Positions 46,701-59,404 of a DNA stretch of 64,000 bases are shown piece by piece (positions within the stretch are counted from its first letter, which is position 1; every line of letters starts with the position of its first letter). The translations under genes and the position numbers were made by a program. Origin of the DNA: Harriotta raleighana (Eukaryota); the NCBI GenBank assembly GCA_050575255.1, contig JBNZDD010013668.1, positions 1,462,289 to 1,526,288 of the forward strand, read 5' to 3'. Below the pieces are notes generated by a model that saw nothing but the letters and a program-made list of their open reading frames with translations, ran no database searches and was not told the DNA's origin.

Positions 46701-46964
46701 ACTCTCAATGGCTATTATAGATGGAGGGAGCTTTGTGTCCAAGTACAATATGTTCCAGCAGTGGATCATAAAATTAGTATGATTTTGTAATTCCGTGCAA
46801 ATATTAAAACAATGAATATATGTTTTTGTTTTCTGTCAGCAGTTGTATGCTTCCAGCTTGGAACTAAAAAAAATCAGTCCTGGGTAGGGTTTCCTTAAAG
46901 GAGGCAATTCATTCGCTTGAATTTACACTTCATTCTGGCTGGAGTTGCAGTGTTCCCAGGTATC

Positions 46965-47300
46965 AGCCTGACACAGTTGGTGTTGCACTTCTGCCTAGTT
47001 AAATAACATTGATGGAGGTTTTGTCCCACATTTGAGTCTTTGGACTAGCCTGATATTCCAATGCAGTACTGGGGAGTGCTACATTCTGGGGGTGCCTCGC
47101 TTCAGATAAGACAGTAAACCGAGGTCCTGTACTCCCTCTTCAGGTGGGCATGAAGAATGATCCCACGGCATGACTTGAGAGGGAAGCTTTTCTCAATGTC
47201 CTGGCCAACAATCCTCCAGCTAAATTGATCATTCACTTCAAGGCTGTTTGCAGGACATTGCCTTATACTAATTGGTTGCTGTGTTTGCTTAGAGATACAC
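46965..47300 (+). mobile_element. DeuSINE-like SINE
   Basis: tcagcctgacacagttgg head; gcagtactggggagtgctac...taaaccgaggtcctgt...tcaggtgggc...gatcccacggca core. Confidence 0.75.
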
Positions 47301-49135
47301 AATTAGTGTAAATATACAGTTAGTGCATTTTACTCTAAAATCTTGCAAAGGTGGAAACACCTTGCTGTTAGGATAGGATGAGCATTGCTCCTTTTAAAGA
47401 GCCGGCTCAGACTCGATGGGCCGAATGGCCTCCTTTTGTGCCGTAAAATTCTATGAAGAGCAAGAACTATAATGTTATTTTTATAACATGTTGTGATCTT
47501 ATGGGGGGAGGCAGAAACAAAGACTCGAGCTCGTCTTCAACAACAGATCACTGATTGAAACACCTCAATACAAAGAAGACATTTGTGGGATGGTTGGAGT
47601 AACAAAGAGGGCATTTTTATTACATAACTGATGGTATCATTTGTGTCAAATAACAGCAGCATGAATCAGGGGTTAAATTCTATTTATTACCTATTAATCC
47701 CTTTTTATGAAACTTCCAAGGTGCCATGAAGCCATCTTCGGAGAGACGTAAAATAAATTTCATGCAACTCAGCAGCAAGTATTAACATGCACTGTGCTCT
47801 GCTCATAGTCTTCATTAAAATAAATTAATGTAAATTTAAATAAACTGTAAACAAGGTTTAAAATATTGGATTTGAAACGAGTTATAGAAACAAAATATTG
47901 GACGGTTGTACTGGATTTATGACACGTTCTCTTACCAGTTGATCAACATTCCTGGCATTGCTTATGAATTATTCAGACACTTGTGGAAATATTTATCATA
48001 TCACATAGTCCATTATTTATTATCCACTGAATACAAATTTCACATCAGCCAACCGTAAACGCACAACATTATACGTCTTTCGTTGTTTGTGTCCCCAATT
48101 AAACACCTCCATAACAGGGCAAAGCAAGTCGACATGAATTCATTTCAGGCCGAACAAACACATGGACGCACATTTAAAGAATACAAGTGGATTCCGGTGA
48201 ATAATTCAACAAGGAAATGGAAATACTGTTTTACACAAAATGCCGATCAGTTTGAACACAGTAAATGCCCCTTTAAGGAAAAGTTGTGAGTGTCCATCAG
48301 ACCCTAAGCGACCTTTCTGATCTTGCCCACAGCTGTATCCTATATGACAATGCTCATTCAGAAAGTGCAATACTTTAATACGACCAGTGCCACACAGGTC
48401 ATGGCTATCGCATATGGTACGTGAGACTGACTCAATTAACCATCCATCAATGTAATTGTGCAGCAAATTAAGCATATTATATGCTGTGCTGTTCAGCAGA
48501 AAGGTAAAGGGGGCTAAATAGCTGGCTATTCCTCCACATTTGCAGGATGATAATGCGTGCAATAAATAGAAACATTTTAGATGCTTGTTAAAAGAAAAAT
48601 CCACAAAATATAAAAGCTCCACCCAAATTCAAAATATTGCATATTTTGAAGTGCAATGCTACTTCTGCCCAATAGAAGCACAGTGCCCGGGATGAGATGC
48701 AGACTTAAACTACATCCATATCCGCCACGAACAAAGATGTGTACGGGTCAGAGGTACTGCCTGGACATTCTGTTGCCTAGCAATTGCAGATGTTGCCTTA
48801 GCTCTGGTGCGTTCAAAATGGCTCGGTGCTGCTTTTAAACACAGACTGGTGGCTTGTAGGGATGCTTATATTCTTACATTCTTCAGATGGAGAAAAAAAT
48901 GGGCCTCGGTATTTTTATAGTTTATGGAGCTGATACTGATATATATATATATGTGTGTGTGTATAAAAAATCACTTGCAGGCCTGGAACTCTCTGCTCTT
49001 TGAGAATGTTATTAGAAAATTGCCTCACATGCCACAAACTGCTCGCCTCCCACCGAAGGCACACAAAGGGCGAATCACCCACCGTCGATGATATTATTAA
49101 TGTCTTACTACATTTACATTGCTAAGCAACACTTC

Positions 49136-49229
49136 ATCGCAGTTATCACATATCGCAAATATGTACATATCGTACATATTTGCGATATGTACAAATAACT
49201 GCGATCTGCAGTTATTTGTACATATCGCA
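49136..49229. repeat. Nested/overlapping inverted repeats
   Basis: acatatcgcaaatatgtac/gtacatatttgcgatatgt and tgcgatatgtacaaataactgc/gcagttatttgtacatatcgca. Confidence 0.9.
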
Positions 49230-49624
49230 TATTCTGACACATTTCCCTCGTTGCAAAGATGCATTATCCAATTCACCCCAAGAAGGTGTAATTTAGTGCT
49301 ACCTCTGGACCAAAATGCCAAATGTGATCGGCTGAACAGCTGTCATGTAAGACACAGCGGTCTTTGCCAGTGTCCATTATTTGACATCAGTGGGACATCG
49401 GCTGCACGTTCTGTCAGTGAACATTACAAATGAGATTACCACCCATTGATCTCACAAAAGCACAGGCTATAGTTTTCCCCGAATGAGAGAAAATATTTCA
49501 CATACTGGAGCAAAGCTTCCTCCAAGACACCAAAAGCAAATATTGACAGCACTTTAGTGGCTTCGGGCATTATTGTGCATTTCAGCATAGCATGGTGAGA
49601 ATGAGGAACAATAATCCCTTAGGA

Positions 49625-49885
49625 TATAATAATCCATGCATTTGATAGAACACCTTTCACGTCGAAAGGATGTCTTACCGGGCAGTTTAGAACCTTCTGC
49701 AAAGTGTAGTGCCTGTGTATTTGCAGGCGAATGCTGTGGTTAATTTGCTCACAACAATGTCCCACAAATAGCAATGACGTGAATGATCAGTTTTTGTCCG
49801 GGGGAATTGCTGGCAAGGACAAGGGGGGGGAAATCCCTGCTATTTTTCAAGTACTGCCATGGGATCTTTAATGTCCACCTGAACA
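49625..49885 (-). mobile_element. DeuSINE-like 3' half
   Basis: ataatccatgcatttgata...tgccatgggatctttaatgtccacctgaaca. Confidence 0.75.
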
Positions 49886-50784
49886 GAGTAGGCTGACATT
49901 CCCGATGGAACAGAACAGTTCCCAACCGCAGTTAATGTCCGGATTATCTTTACAGCTACACGATGGCCTGCAGTTGACTCAGTGAAGCGAAGAAACAGAA
50001 CTGGAGAACCGTGAAGATTCTCAGACGGGATTAAAATAATTTTAATGATGCGTCCTTGCTTTCAAGGGCTTCTGCTTTCACTTTCTGCAGAAAGAGCATG
50101 TCTGCATTAATATGTTATAACAAACTGAAATGAGGGGAAATGCAATATGTTTGGCAACATACCTCCTGGACATTATTCAAATTGTGTCTGGTAAACTAAG
50201 TGACAAACTGTTTGGTGATACCTGTTTTGCTTTTAATTGCAGAAACTGATGAGTTTAAGCAAACACATTACTTAATTGCTCCTTCTGCTTGTCAGATCTG
50301 CCTCGATTGATAAAATGCAAATGGACAAATCATTAACGGGTACCGGTTATGAATGTCTCAGGAAGTTCAGGACCTTATCAAATCCTGCAGCTATTACTTT
50401 GTGTGATTGATGTATTATTGTAAGTGATTGTTCCTGATCTTATTAAATCTTATTGATTTTTTTTCCTCGTTCCTATTTTATGCAGGACCAAGCTGGGCCC
50501 ATTATGAATGTTGCTGAACACTGTTAATCAAGCTTACACAGCTATTTTGATGGCAAACAATTAGAAATCTGCAGCGGTGCCTTGCAATTAGCTTCGGGGA
50601 TACAAACTTCAGCACTGTAATAATGAAAAAGACCTTCTTCAACATGAAACTTAATGAGATTTGGAAGCTCAACCCTCAGTGACCTTTGAAAAACAGCCAA
50701 TCAACAAACTTCGACTTGTTTACCCGAACCTTAAAACAAAATCACAACGAGTTCTTTTCTTCTAAACGTCTTCTCTAGTTTCCA

Positions 50785-50912
50785 TAATTGGCTGCCGCGT
50801 TTAGCCCACAAAATATACAGACAATTCACTTTACTGTATGTTCTGTGAAGCACTTTGAGACATTTGGAAGACATGATAAGGCTATATGAAATGCAAGGAT
50901 TATTATTATTAT
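50785..50912 (+). mobile_element. tRNA-SINE 3' fragment
   Basis: aattggctgccgcgtttagcccacaaaatatacag...gcaaggattattattatt. Confidence 0.85.
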
Positions 50913-52029
50913 AATTGAAGAGTGCTAACCCAACAATGTTGGTTCACTGCGGATAGCAGAGCTTTGTGATGGTAGAGTTCATTTCAAATCCATGTGAAGT
51001 ATATATTAATACATGTAGCTCAATCTGATTGATGAAATCCGTGCAGAATAACTATTCATGAGGTCAAATTTGTGGTACAGGGCAACCCCATTAACTGCCC
51101 CCTTCCCCACCTGGAGTTGAACATAGATTTGCTTAAGTCAACTGTGAACCCTCGCAAACCAAAAACATAGTACATTTTTCTTCCAGCGTTGACTTGGGGG
51201 CTTCCCACATTAACAACTGGCTGACACCCAGGCTTTCAGGTCACTGTGTGCATGCATGCTTTGTTATGTCGCTGAAGTAAGGTTGATGTCATTTCCTGGG
51301 TACTGAAACCACGCAATATATGCAGGAAGTGATGCTACCATCATTCTGTGAATGAAGTGACATCAGTGGTTGCCCAGGAGCGAGACAACATGGAAGTTGA
51401 TCTTTTTTTTTGCTCTGTTTATAGCATGTCTTCTGAGACAGAAGAGACAGATGAACTCTGGTATAATGCGGGTGGGGTGGGTTGGGGGGCCATCATTGTA
51501 TTTCAAAACAGATTTCTTAATTAAGAAATTTGTCTGTAGACTCCTTGTGGTAAATGGAAGGCTGTCACGCATGTCACTTCAACTGGAGGGAACTTGCTCT
51601 AAATACAGATTGAATCAGAATGTCACTCCATGAGTCAGGGTCAAGGGCTACTGGATTTCTTAATTAAGAAATCGTGCAAAATTGACCCCCATAGTTATTG
51701 CAACATAACCTATAAAATATATTACACAAATGCTGGTATAGTAAAGGCAAATCATTTAAAATAAGAACTTGTTTTGTTACCATGCATAAATAATGCTAAC
51801 CGACTGGAATTGTTGTGACAATGTACTGGAAGCACACCCTTCCTCATAGCCTGGATAAGATGGACAATAGAGGGTCATAGGGAGACATCCTATAACAAAT
51901 AGTTGGTGCGTTGTGCCCCGTAAATGTGATAAAATTGTGAAATAAATACAATGCAAGGCAAACTACAAGGCCCCAATAGAATCAAATTCAGTTTCTGCTT
52001 GACTGAGTATGTTGTGAGTAGGAGTATGT

Positions 52030-52425
52030 TACCTTCAAAGCCCTCCATGGTCTCACCCCACCCTACCTTGGTGACCTCCTAACCTCCTACCAACCTGCCT
52101 GCTCCCTCCGCTCAGCGGGCTCCAGCCTGCTCTATGTACCCCGACTCACCCGCCCACCATCACCAAGCGAGTCTTCAGCCCTCTGCCCCTATCATCCGGA
52201 TATTATCCCTCAGACCCTTCGCCTTGCCCCTCTCCCTAACCTTCTTCAAGTCCCGCCTCAAGATCCTCCTCTTTGACGGTCCCATTGGTCACCCCAAATT
52301 CCCTCCTTTCTCTCCACCCTCCCCGATCCCAACCCCAGCTTGGGTCTGAAACATTAACTATCCAGCACTGTGGGATGTCCTCCCGACGTGAAAGCCACTA
52401 TTACAAGTATAATTTTGTTGTTGTT
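52030..52425 (+). mobile_element. L2 3' fragment
   Basis: accttcaaagccctccatgg...gggatgtcctcccgacgtgaaag...aattttgttgttg. Confidence 0.9.
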
Positions 52426-52679
52426 TTTGTTGTGTCCAACCCTTTACTTATCATTTGTTAAAGAAACAAACATTAAGAATAAAAGTGCTGATCGCGAGCT
52501 TCAGAATCTTAGTTCATTGAAACAAAACATAGTGCTGATATTGAATGTAAAATCACTATAAGTCTGGGAAAGGGAAACTGTTAAGAATAATTCACGATAA
52601 CAAAGGATTTGTTTCAATATTTAAGGGCCCATTTTAAAAAATATTGTTCCCCTGTTCTCAGATTCTGATCTGATCTTCT

Positions 52680-52830
52680 TCTGATGGGGGGCAGTTCCAT
52701 GGTTGCACTCCCACACCTCACCCAAGTGGTTGTTGTTCATGTGTGAACCTTGGCAGTGAGTGTCAGCCTGCCAGGCAACTCGACAAAAGAGGACATCCAG
52801 CTAGGCCTGAAATATCCTGTTGCAACTGGC
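52680..52830 (-). mobile_element. Ancient SINE relic (AmnSINE2-like)
   Basis: cctcacccaagtgg...ttcatgtgtga...cagtgagtgtc; shares ctcacccaagtg...gagtgt with 55770-55790; family name is from recall, not from a search. Confidence 0.45.
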
Positions 52831-53402
52831 AGTATTACACGATTACCTTACGCTGCCTGGACATATATTAATCTTGAATTTCCACCTAATCTCATTCTAC
52901 AAAACTCGTCTGACCTAAAATTTACCTCTGCAGAAAATCCTTCAGTTTGAAACCTTATCAATTGAAATGTTATTGAAAAGGTGAGAAGATGGTTTTCTTT
53001 CAAGGACTTTACAAAACCAGCTCCCAAATTGAAAAGTAACTTGAAAAATTTCTCACACTTTACTTTTATGATAAAATGGTCTCGCTGGCTAAGACTAGGT
53101 AGATATTTCAGATCTATGGTTACGATCGCATTAACTTTGTAAATGACAAATACATACACATAATACGTGGGAAGATCAATTAACCTCAGCCATTTTGCAA
53201 TGATTTTCATTTTGAATCAGCGATCATCACCACACTCAATGTTGGGAATAAGAGGAAAATTGATCAATTGGAATGGAGAAAGGAGGCAGAGGGAAAATGA
53301 TGGGGATGGAGTGGGGGTGGGTGATGGGAAGCGGTGCAATAATACTGCAGCAGATAATTCTGCTAAAGTGGAACTCAGTGTACAGGACCCAGATGTCGTG
53401 TG

Positions 53403-53830
53403 TGGCAACTGGCTCAGTTGGCAGCACCCTCGCCTTTGAATCAGAAGCTTGTCGGTTCAAATCCCATGTTGTGACTTTGAACTCACAGTCTAGTTCGACA
53501 CTTCAGTGTAATCGTGTGGGAACTGCTGCATCATCAGAGGAGGTGCTGTTCTTCAGATGAGATGTTAAACTGAGGTCACATCTGCCTATTTGGTTGAGTA
53601 TAATAGACCCCATGGTAACCATTCAAAATGAGAAGAGAGTTTCTCCCAGTGACTGGGCCAGCAACACTCCAGTGTCTACTCATTCATTTCAGGGCTGTTT
53701 ATGGGACACAAATTAGCTGCCACGTTTGCCTACAAATTGCACAGTGACCGCACTATACAGTAAAATCTCATGAAGCACTTGAGACATACTTCCGGATGTG
53801 AAAAGCATTATATCAAATGCAAGAATAATT
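53403..53830 (+). mobile_element. DeuSINE-like SINE, full length
   Basis: tggctcagttggcagcac (A box)...ggttcaaatccc (B box), cagatgagatgttaaactgaggtc core, tail tatatcaaatgcaag. Confidence 0.85.
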
Positions 53831-54084
53831 CTTCTTAATTTCTTTTAAATTCTTGAACACTTTAAGATTGGCCATTGGAAAAAAAATGCAATGAGGGACT
53901 TTTTAGGGGCCATTATGAAGGAACGTGCAGAATTGATTCACTTCGCTCCGGTCATATTCAACGGTGAGTTTCAAAGCACTGTCAAACCATCTCCTCAAGG
54001 GAGTCTCAGCCACAAGGTACTGCTTGATTCACGCTGGCTCAATTTGATTTACACTGCACTTTTCTGTTTGATTGCTTCTCCACC

Positions 54085-54250
54085 CCAACATATAACCCCA
54101 GTCTCAAATGGCTGAAGACAATTGTAGTGTCTTGGCTGTCTCTTCCCAGCTGAGATCAACTAACTAAACACAGAGCATGATATCGAACTTGGGACCCTTC
54201 CGGCCTGTACGTCTCAGTGTCACACCGGGAGCCTGGTTTACCTCGCTGAG
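54085..54250 (-). mobile_element. Ancient SINE head relic (AmnSINE2-like)
   Basis: Minus strand: actgagacgtacaggccggaagggtcccaagttcgat...ctctgtg...agttagttgatctcagc...ctacaatt; family name from recall. Confidence 0.5.
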
Positions 54251-55719
54251 TCTGATTATTTTCATATTTAAGCAATGCATCAACCAAACGTGAATGGACA
54301 CATTCTTTATTCCAAACCAAAGCTTAACCAGCAGCAAGATGAAATCACAAAATGTTAACAAATAAGATGTGTATGGTCATGGGTACAGTCAACTGGATTG
54401 GAACTGGGGTAGAGGGTCCAAGGGTTAGCAGTGTCTCTGGGAAAAGCTTGTGAAAGACTGAAACTAACTTTGTCACTTGATTGGTGGCTCCATACCTGGA
54501 TCATAGGTCTTGACGTCCACTTTGTCTTTGTCTGTAAGACAATTTCCTGGAGTCTCTGAGACTCGTTCACTCCTTCACCTCACTCAAGGTCCTCTCAAGA
54601 CGTTATACCTTAACTGCACTTTTGAACATCTTTCTCCTTCCCATCCCCTTCTACTTCCACCCCAAGCTTGGAACCTCCAGCTAGCATTGTTAATCACTTT
54701 GAGATACCCTCCTGATACGAAAGGTGTTGTATGAATTTAAATTGTCTTGTAATTTTGTCTCAAAATTTAAGATTGTTCACTCAGAATTTACGAACATTTT
54801 TCAATTCAGGTGCAACTCAGAAGCCAGTTCATCTTAAGAACTGCAGGAAAGCGGCTTTCACACGAAGGCTAAAATAAAAGTTCATCGCAGCTCTGTGTGA
54901 TCTGGGGTTTTACAATAAAACAAACGGGCTTGCAGGCTAAAATTAGGTGAAAATTTAGGCCACTGATGTTGAAAGCTCGGCATCCGCTCCACCATAGTGA
55001 AGTTCTCCGAAAAATTATTCTTGTACAGCCCACTCTGTGCTGCTTTGAATCGAAAACAATAATCCCAGATTTTGGTGTTCTCTGCTGTCAAATTCCTATT
55101 AACACTCTACATTTCTCAGCAACATGCTAACAAAAAAAGTGCCAACTTACTGCCAGCAGGCAATTTCTATGCAGCCCAAGTATAACTGGATTAGATACAC
55201 AAGAAAACAGGAATTATCCCTTATAATGATCGAAGAGTCAGTCCTCTGTATGAGTAAATTTGTTCGCCTATCTAATGACAAAATTCTTAACTATCTCGAG
55301 GCAAAGCAAAGGCCTGGCTATCTCCTTATGCTTTCATTTAAGGAAAATGTGCTTTATATTAGTCATAAGAACATTCAGAAGTTTAGACGTACATGACAAC
55401 AACAATGTGCATTATATGGATCCTATCACTTTAAAAGAATGTCTCAAAGCCCAATAACCAAAGCAAGAAGAATGGGAGGTGACACTTCCTTTGCTTGCCA
55501 GGCACTATCATGTAAATGGATCCAGAGACAAGGTTGTTGCTAACACAGAGAATATAGACTCACTATTGCAATACCATGTGTAATATGACAAAAGGAGATT
55601 GTTGAGAGGCTTTTGCAAAAGGAACGTACTACTGTAATAATGATAAGCCTAGCATTTCATATCGGGAAGACATCTCAAAGGATTTAGTGCAAAATGTCAT
55701 TGGTGCGTATAAATAATCT

Positions 55720-56010
55720 TTTTTTCCCCCTTTCCCACAACTTTCTCCGCTCCGTTCTGAATTCTGGGTAACTCACCCAAGTGAGTGTTATCACGCTTTT
55801 TAACTAGGAGGTGCAACACAGTCAAGCCTGNCAAGTCAGGAACATTGAGTGTTATCACGCTTTTTAACGAGGAGGTGCAACACAGTCAAGCCTGATCCTG
55901 TCCACATCTAACATTTATGCACACATTTTCCATCAGGGGTAACTGAACAGCAATGGGAAATAAACATGGGAAGCATGGAAGAATTTCCCCTCAATAACCC
56001 AGAGGCATTT
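55720..56010 (-). mobile_element. Ancient SINE relic (AmnSINE2-like) with an N-flanked duplication
   Basis: ctcacccaagtg...cacagtcaagcctgatcctgtcc...caggggtaactg...tttcccctc...cccagaggca. Confidence 0.45.
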
Positions 56011-56039
56011 GGGTTGCTAATGCTGTGGAATCGCATAGC

Positions 56040-56345
56040 ATAGTGTCTACCACACCCGCCTGGAACTGAGACAACCTGGGTTTGATTCCCGTGCAGGGAA
56101 AAAACTTAAGCATGTTTCCTTATTACAAACACCTCTGTTTACCAAGCAGTAAGTGGTAACCTGGTTGTTAGTTGATTGGCAGATTGATTTCTGGGGATAA
56201 TAATCCCCCACCAAAAAAAATGTGGTCACTCAAACCCACAACTGTTCGTAGGACACTGTGGGTGCAATTTGCTGCTGCATCAATCCACTTTACAATATAT
56301 TCTGTGAAGCGTTTTGGGACGTCTCAACAATGTGATAAAGCTCTA
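56040..56345 (+). mobile_element. Old long-variant tRNA-SINE
   Basis: ctgggtttgattccc...cctctgtttaccaagcagtaagt...gattggcagat...tgtgaagcgttttgggacgtc. Confidence 0.75.
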
Positions 56346-56799
56346 TCTCTTAAAACCACAACTTCATCTCTTTTCTTGCTTTCTGGGCAAAACCTAGCAG
56401 CAATAAATACTGCAGTCTGAAGTAACAATGCTGTCATTGAGCATCAGTATCACATCATATGCTTATTCTGTGTGTGTGCGCTCGCTTGGTAGCACCGACC
56501 ATGTTGTCAAAAAGATGCATTGCTCTCGGAAACACCATGGGCTATTCCCAGCAAAATCAGCACCACAAATGGCCTGCTAAATGTCACTCACCCTTTTTTA
56601 AAAAAAATAGACTTACGACGTGTAAAAGGCCAGAGCAATGGAGAAGATTGTCCATCTTCATCTCTCTCACTGATTTTGAAAAAAATCCTGGGAAGGGAAG
56701 ACCGAAGACTGCTTTGGAGCAGAAATCTCATGGGTCAGCCTGGAACACATTTCTCTTTCCTTGGGATAAGAGTCAATTTTATTCTTGGAATGCACTATG

Positions 56800-57180
56800 T
56801 ATGTTACATTTGTCTGTTCAGTTGGATGTTAAAGATCTCATGATACAAATAGAGAATAGAAGGAAATTTATCCAGGCGCTCCGGGCAACAATCCCCCCAG
56901 ATTAAATTGATCATTCACTTTATGGCTGTTTGCGGCACTTTGAGACTTCTTCAGTCCATCCCCTTTTTACCTCGTTGCCCTCACTCATCCCACCCCTGCC
57001 CTCCCATATTTGGGTCCTGTTCCCCAACTGTTCAGCACCTTGGGCTGTCCACCTGATGTGTAAGGTGCTTTACAAATGTAATTTTGTTGTTGTTTGTGAG
57101 AGACTGCTGGACACAAATTAGTTACCATGTTTGCCTAAAAACTATAGTCACCACACAATCACACTTTACAGTAAATCCTA
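56800..57180 (+). mobile_element. DeuSINE-like fragment interrupted by an L2 tail (56933-57092)
   Basis: ...ggctgtttg [L2 3' UTR ... aattttgttgt] tgtttgtgagagactgctg... Confidence 0.7.
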
Positions 57181-57195
57181 TAATAAAAAATAAAA

Positions 57196-58431
57196 ATTAT
57201 AATCTTTGCATTTGATATTGTGCTTTTTTGAGGATTATTAGGTGTGTGGAGTAAGCAAACTTGCTCAAGGATTCGCCCTGCTTGGATTCGAACACAGGTC
57301 TCACACTTGTAACAATAACAACAAAATTACACTTGTAAAGCGCCTTTCACGTCAGGAGGACATCCCAAAGCGCTGAACAGTCAGGTCGGGACCCAAGAAT
57401 GGGGGGGATTGGGGGTAGTGGGAGGGTGAATGAGAGTGGGAAGAATTAGGGTGGGGGGGAACCGAAGGCGTGGTCGAAGAGGAAGGTCTTGAGACCGACC
57501 TTGAAGGAGGAAAGGGAGGAAGCAAGGCAGAGGGACTACGGGATGGAATTCCAAAGTGTGGGGGCAGAGAGGCTGAAAGCCTGGCCACCGATGGTTGGGT
57601 GGTTAGGGTGGTAGACGCGGAGAGTGCGGGCAGGCTGATAGGGAGACAGCAGGTCAGAGAGATAGACGGGGGCAAAGCCGTGAATGGCCTTGAAGGTGAG
57701 CACGAGGATCTTGAAGTCGATCCTCTGGGGGATGGGGAGCCAGTGGAGACGTGCGAGGGTGGGAGTGATGTGGTCGCGGAGTCTAGTGCGGGTGTGTACA
57801 CGGCTGCAGAATTCTGAATGATCTGCAGCCTGTGAAGGGAGGAGTTGGGAAGGCCGACGAGGAGAGAGTTCCCATAGACAAGCCTGGAAGCGACGAAGGC
57901 GTAAATTAGGATTTCGGCGGCGTGGGGGGTGAGGTAGTGGAGGAGTCTGGTGATGTTGCGGAGGTGATGGAAGGCTGTGCGGGTCATGGAGTGGATGTGG
58001 GGGAGGAAGGATAGTTCGGATTTGAACAAGATGCCCAAATTCCTGATTGGCTTTGAGAGGTGGAGTGAACAGCCTTGGATGCTGATGTTGTCAGCGCCTG
58101 AGGCACTGGCGTGAGCCAATCAGGAGGGCTTCCATCTTGTTGACTTTGATCTGTAGGAAGTTTGCCCTCATCCAGGACTCGATGCAGTCAGGATGCCAGT
58201 AGTCCTGGAATCGAGAGTGAACACACAGAGAGATAGAGTTGGGTGTCATCCACATACATGTGGAAACTGACCCCATGTCTGCGGATGATGTCGCGCAGGG
58301 GGAGAGTGTACAGGGTGAAGAGCAGGGGGCCGAGGACGGAGCCCTGGGGGATGACACATGTGACTGTGCGGGAGCTGGAGGAAAAACTGTTAGGCAAGGC
58401 AAGTGCTCTAACCACTGAGCTACAGGACTCC
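57196..58431 (-). mobile_element. tRNA-headed SINE split by an L2 insertion
   Basis: 57196-57312 (tail to anticodon loop) and 58396-58431 (head: aaggcaagtgctctaaccactgagctacaggactcc). Confidence 0.85.
57313..58395 (-). mobile_element. L2 LINE ORF2 3' fragment (RT core to tail)
   Basis: [19 protein letters not shown]...[11 protein letters not shown]; RNLGILF...FHHLRNITR...AFVASRL...LQIIQNSAA; frameshifted; (GTT)n tail. Confidence 0.95.
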
Positions 58432-59404
58432 ACAGAAAGACGCCATATCAAATACAAGGATCGTTCTGTCTATAATTATCCTACCTGAACAGTTTTTCAA
58501 ACTCAGTCTCTGAGCCCAGGTGCAATTGGCTGCCATGTTCAGCTACAAAATCAACGGTGTCTACACTTTGCAGTGTATCCTGTGACATACTTTGAGATGT
58601 GAAAAGCACGACATCAAATAGAAGGATTATTATTATTATTTATTAGTGAGAAGCTACACAATACACTACAAGTTGGAAAAGGCATCTGACAAAGTATAAT
58701 GTGGACTGTGTGGTTTAGTTTCCGGCTACAGAGGAGAGGAGGTGGATGTAAGGGTTGCAAGGTCAAAATGAGGGGAGGCATTGAGTGGGATGTCTGAAGA
58801 CACATGATGGGATTTCTCCCATTTAGATAAATCATCTGGAATTGATGAATATTCGAAAATGAGTTCCACTTTTAGTTGAAACTAAGCTCAGGGGAACTAT
58901 GGAATCAGAAACAAAAGCCAAGATCTTAGAAATAGAGCTCAGCAGATTGTAGAAACTGGGCTCAACACTGATATATAAGTGTAATCGAAGAAGATGTTAA
59001 ACTGATGTTACATCGTCGTGCTCAGGCGGACGTTAAAAATCCGACAGCTAATTGAAAAGAGAAGGGAGTTTCTCTCTCCTGGTGTCCTCCGCCTAACACC
59101 CCTCCTCACCTTAGAGTCAGGCTCCACCACCGTTATACAAGTTGTTGCATATAGGAAGTGAAACTTGTGTACTCAGTGAATCGGATAAACCTTCCAAGAT
59201 GAAATAGAAAGAGACCTCAAGGTGTTTGTTGTCTTATTCTTCACTATGCCCAGATAGTTGAAGAGCACAATGCAAGACAAGATGCTTGAGTTATATTACT
59301 AAAGTACTTGTGTCCATATCCTCAGAGGTGATAGTGTACAAACTCAAGTTAGGTCACAGTTGGAGTACCACCATCCGAATTTACCTGCAAGATTTTCTGA
59401 ACTT

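Noticed and set aside
55782-55895. ~50-bp duplication
   Set aside because: Flanks n55831; assembly overlap.
57352-58457. Possible intact reverse transcriptase gene
   Set aside because: 5'-truncated, frameshifted L2 ORF2 with YVDD and no endonuclease domain.
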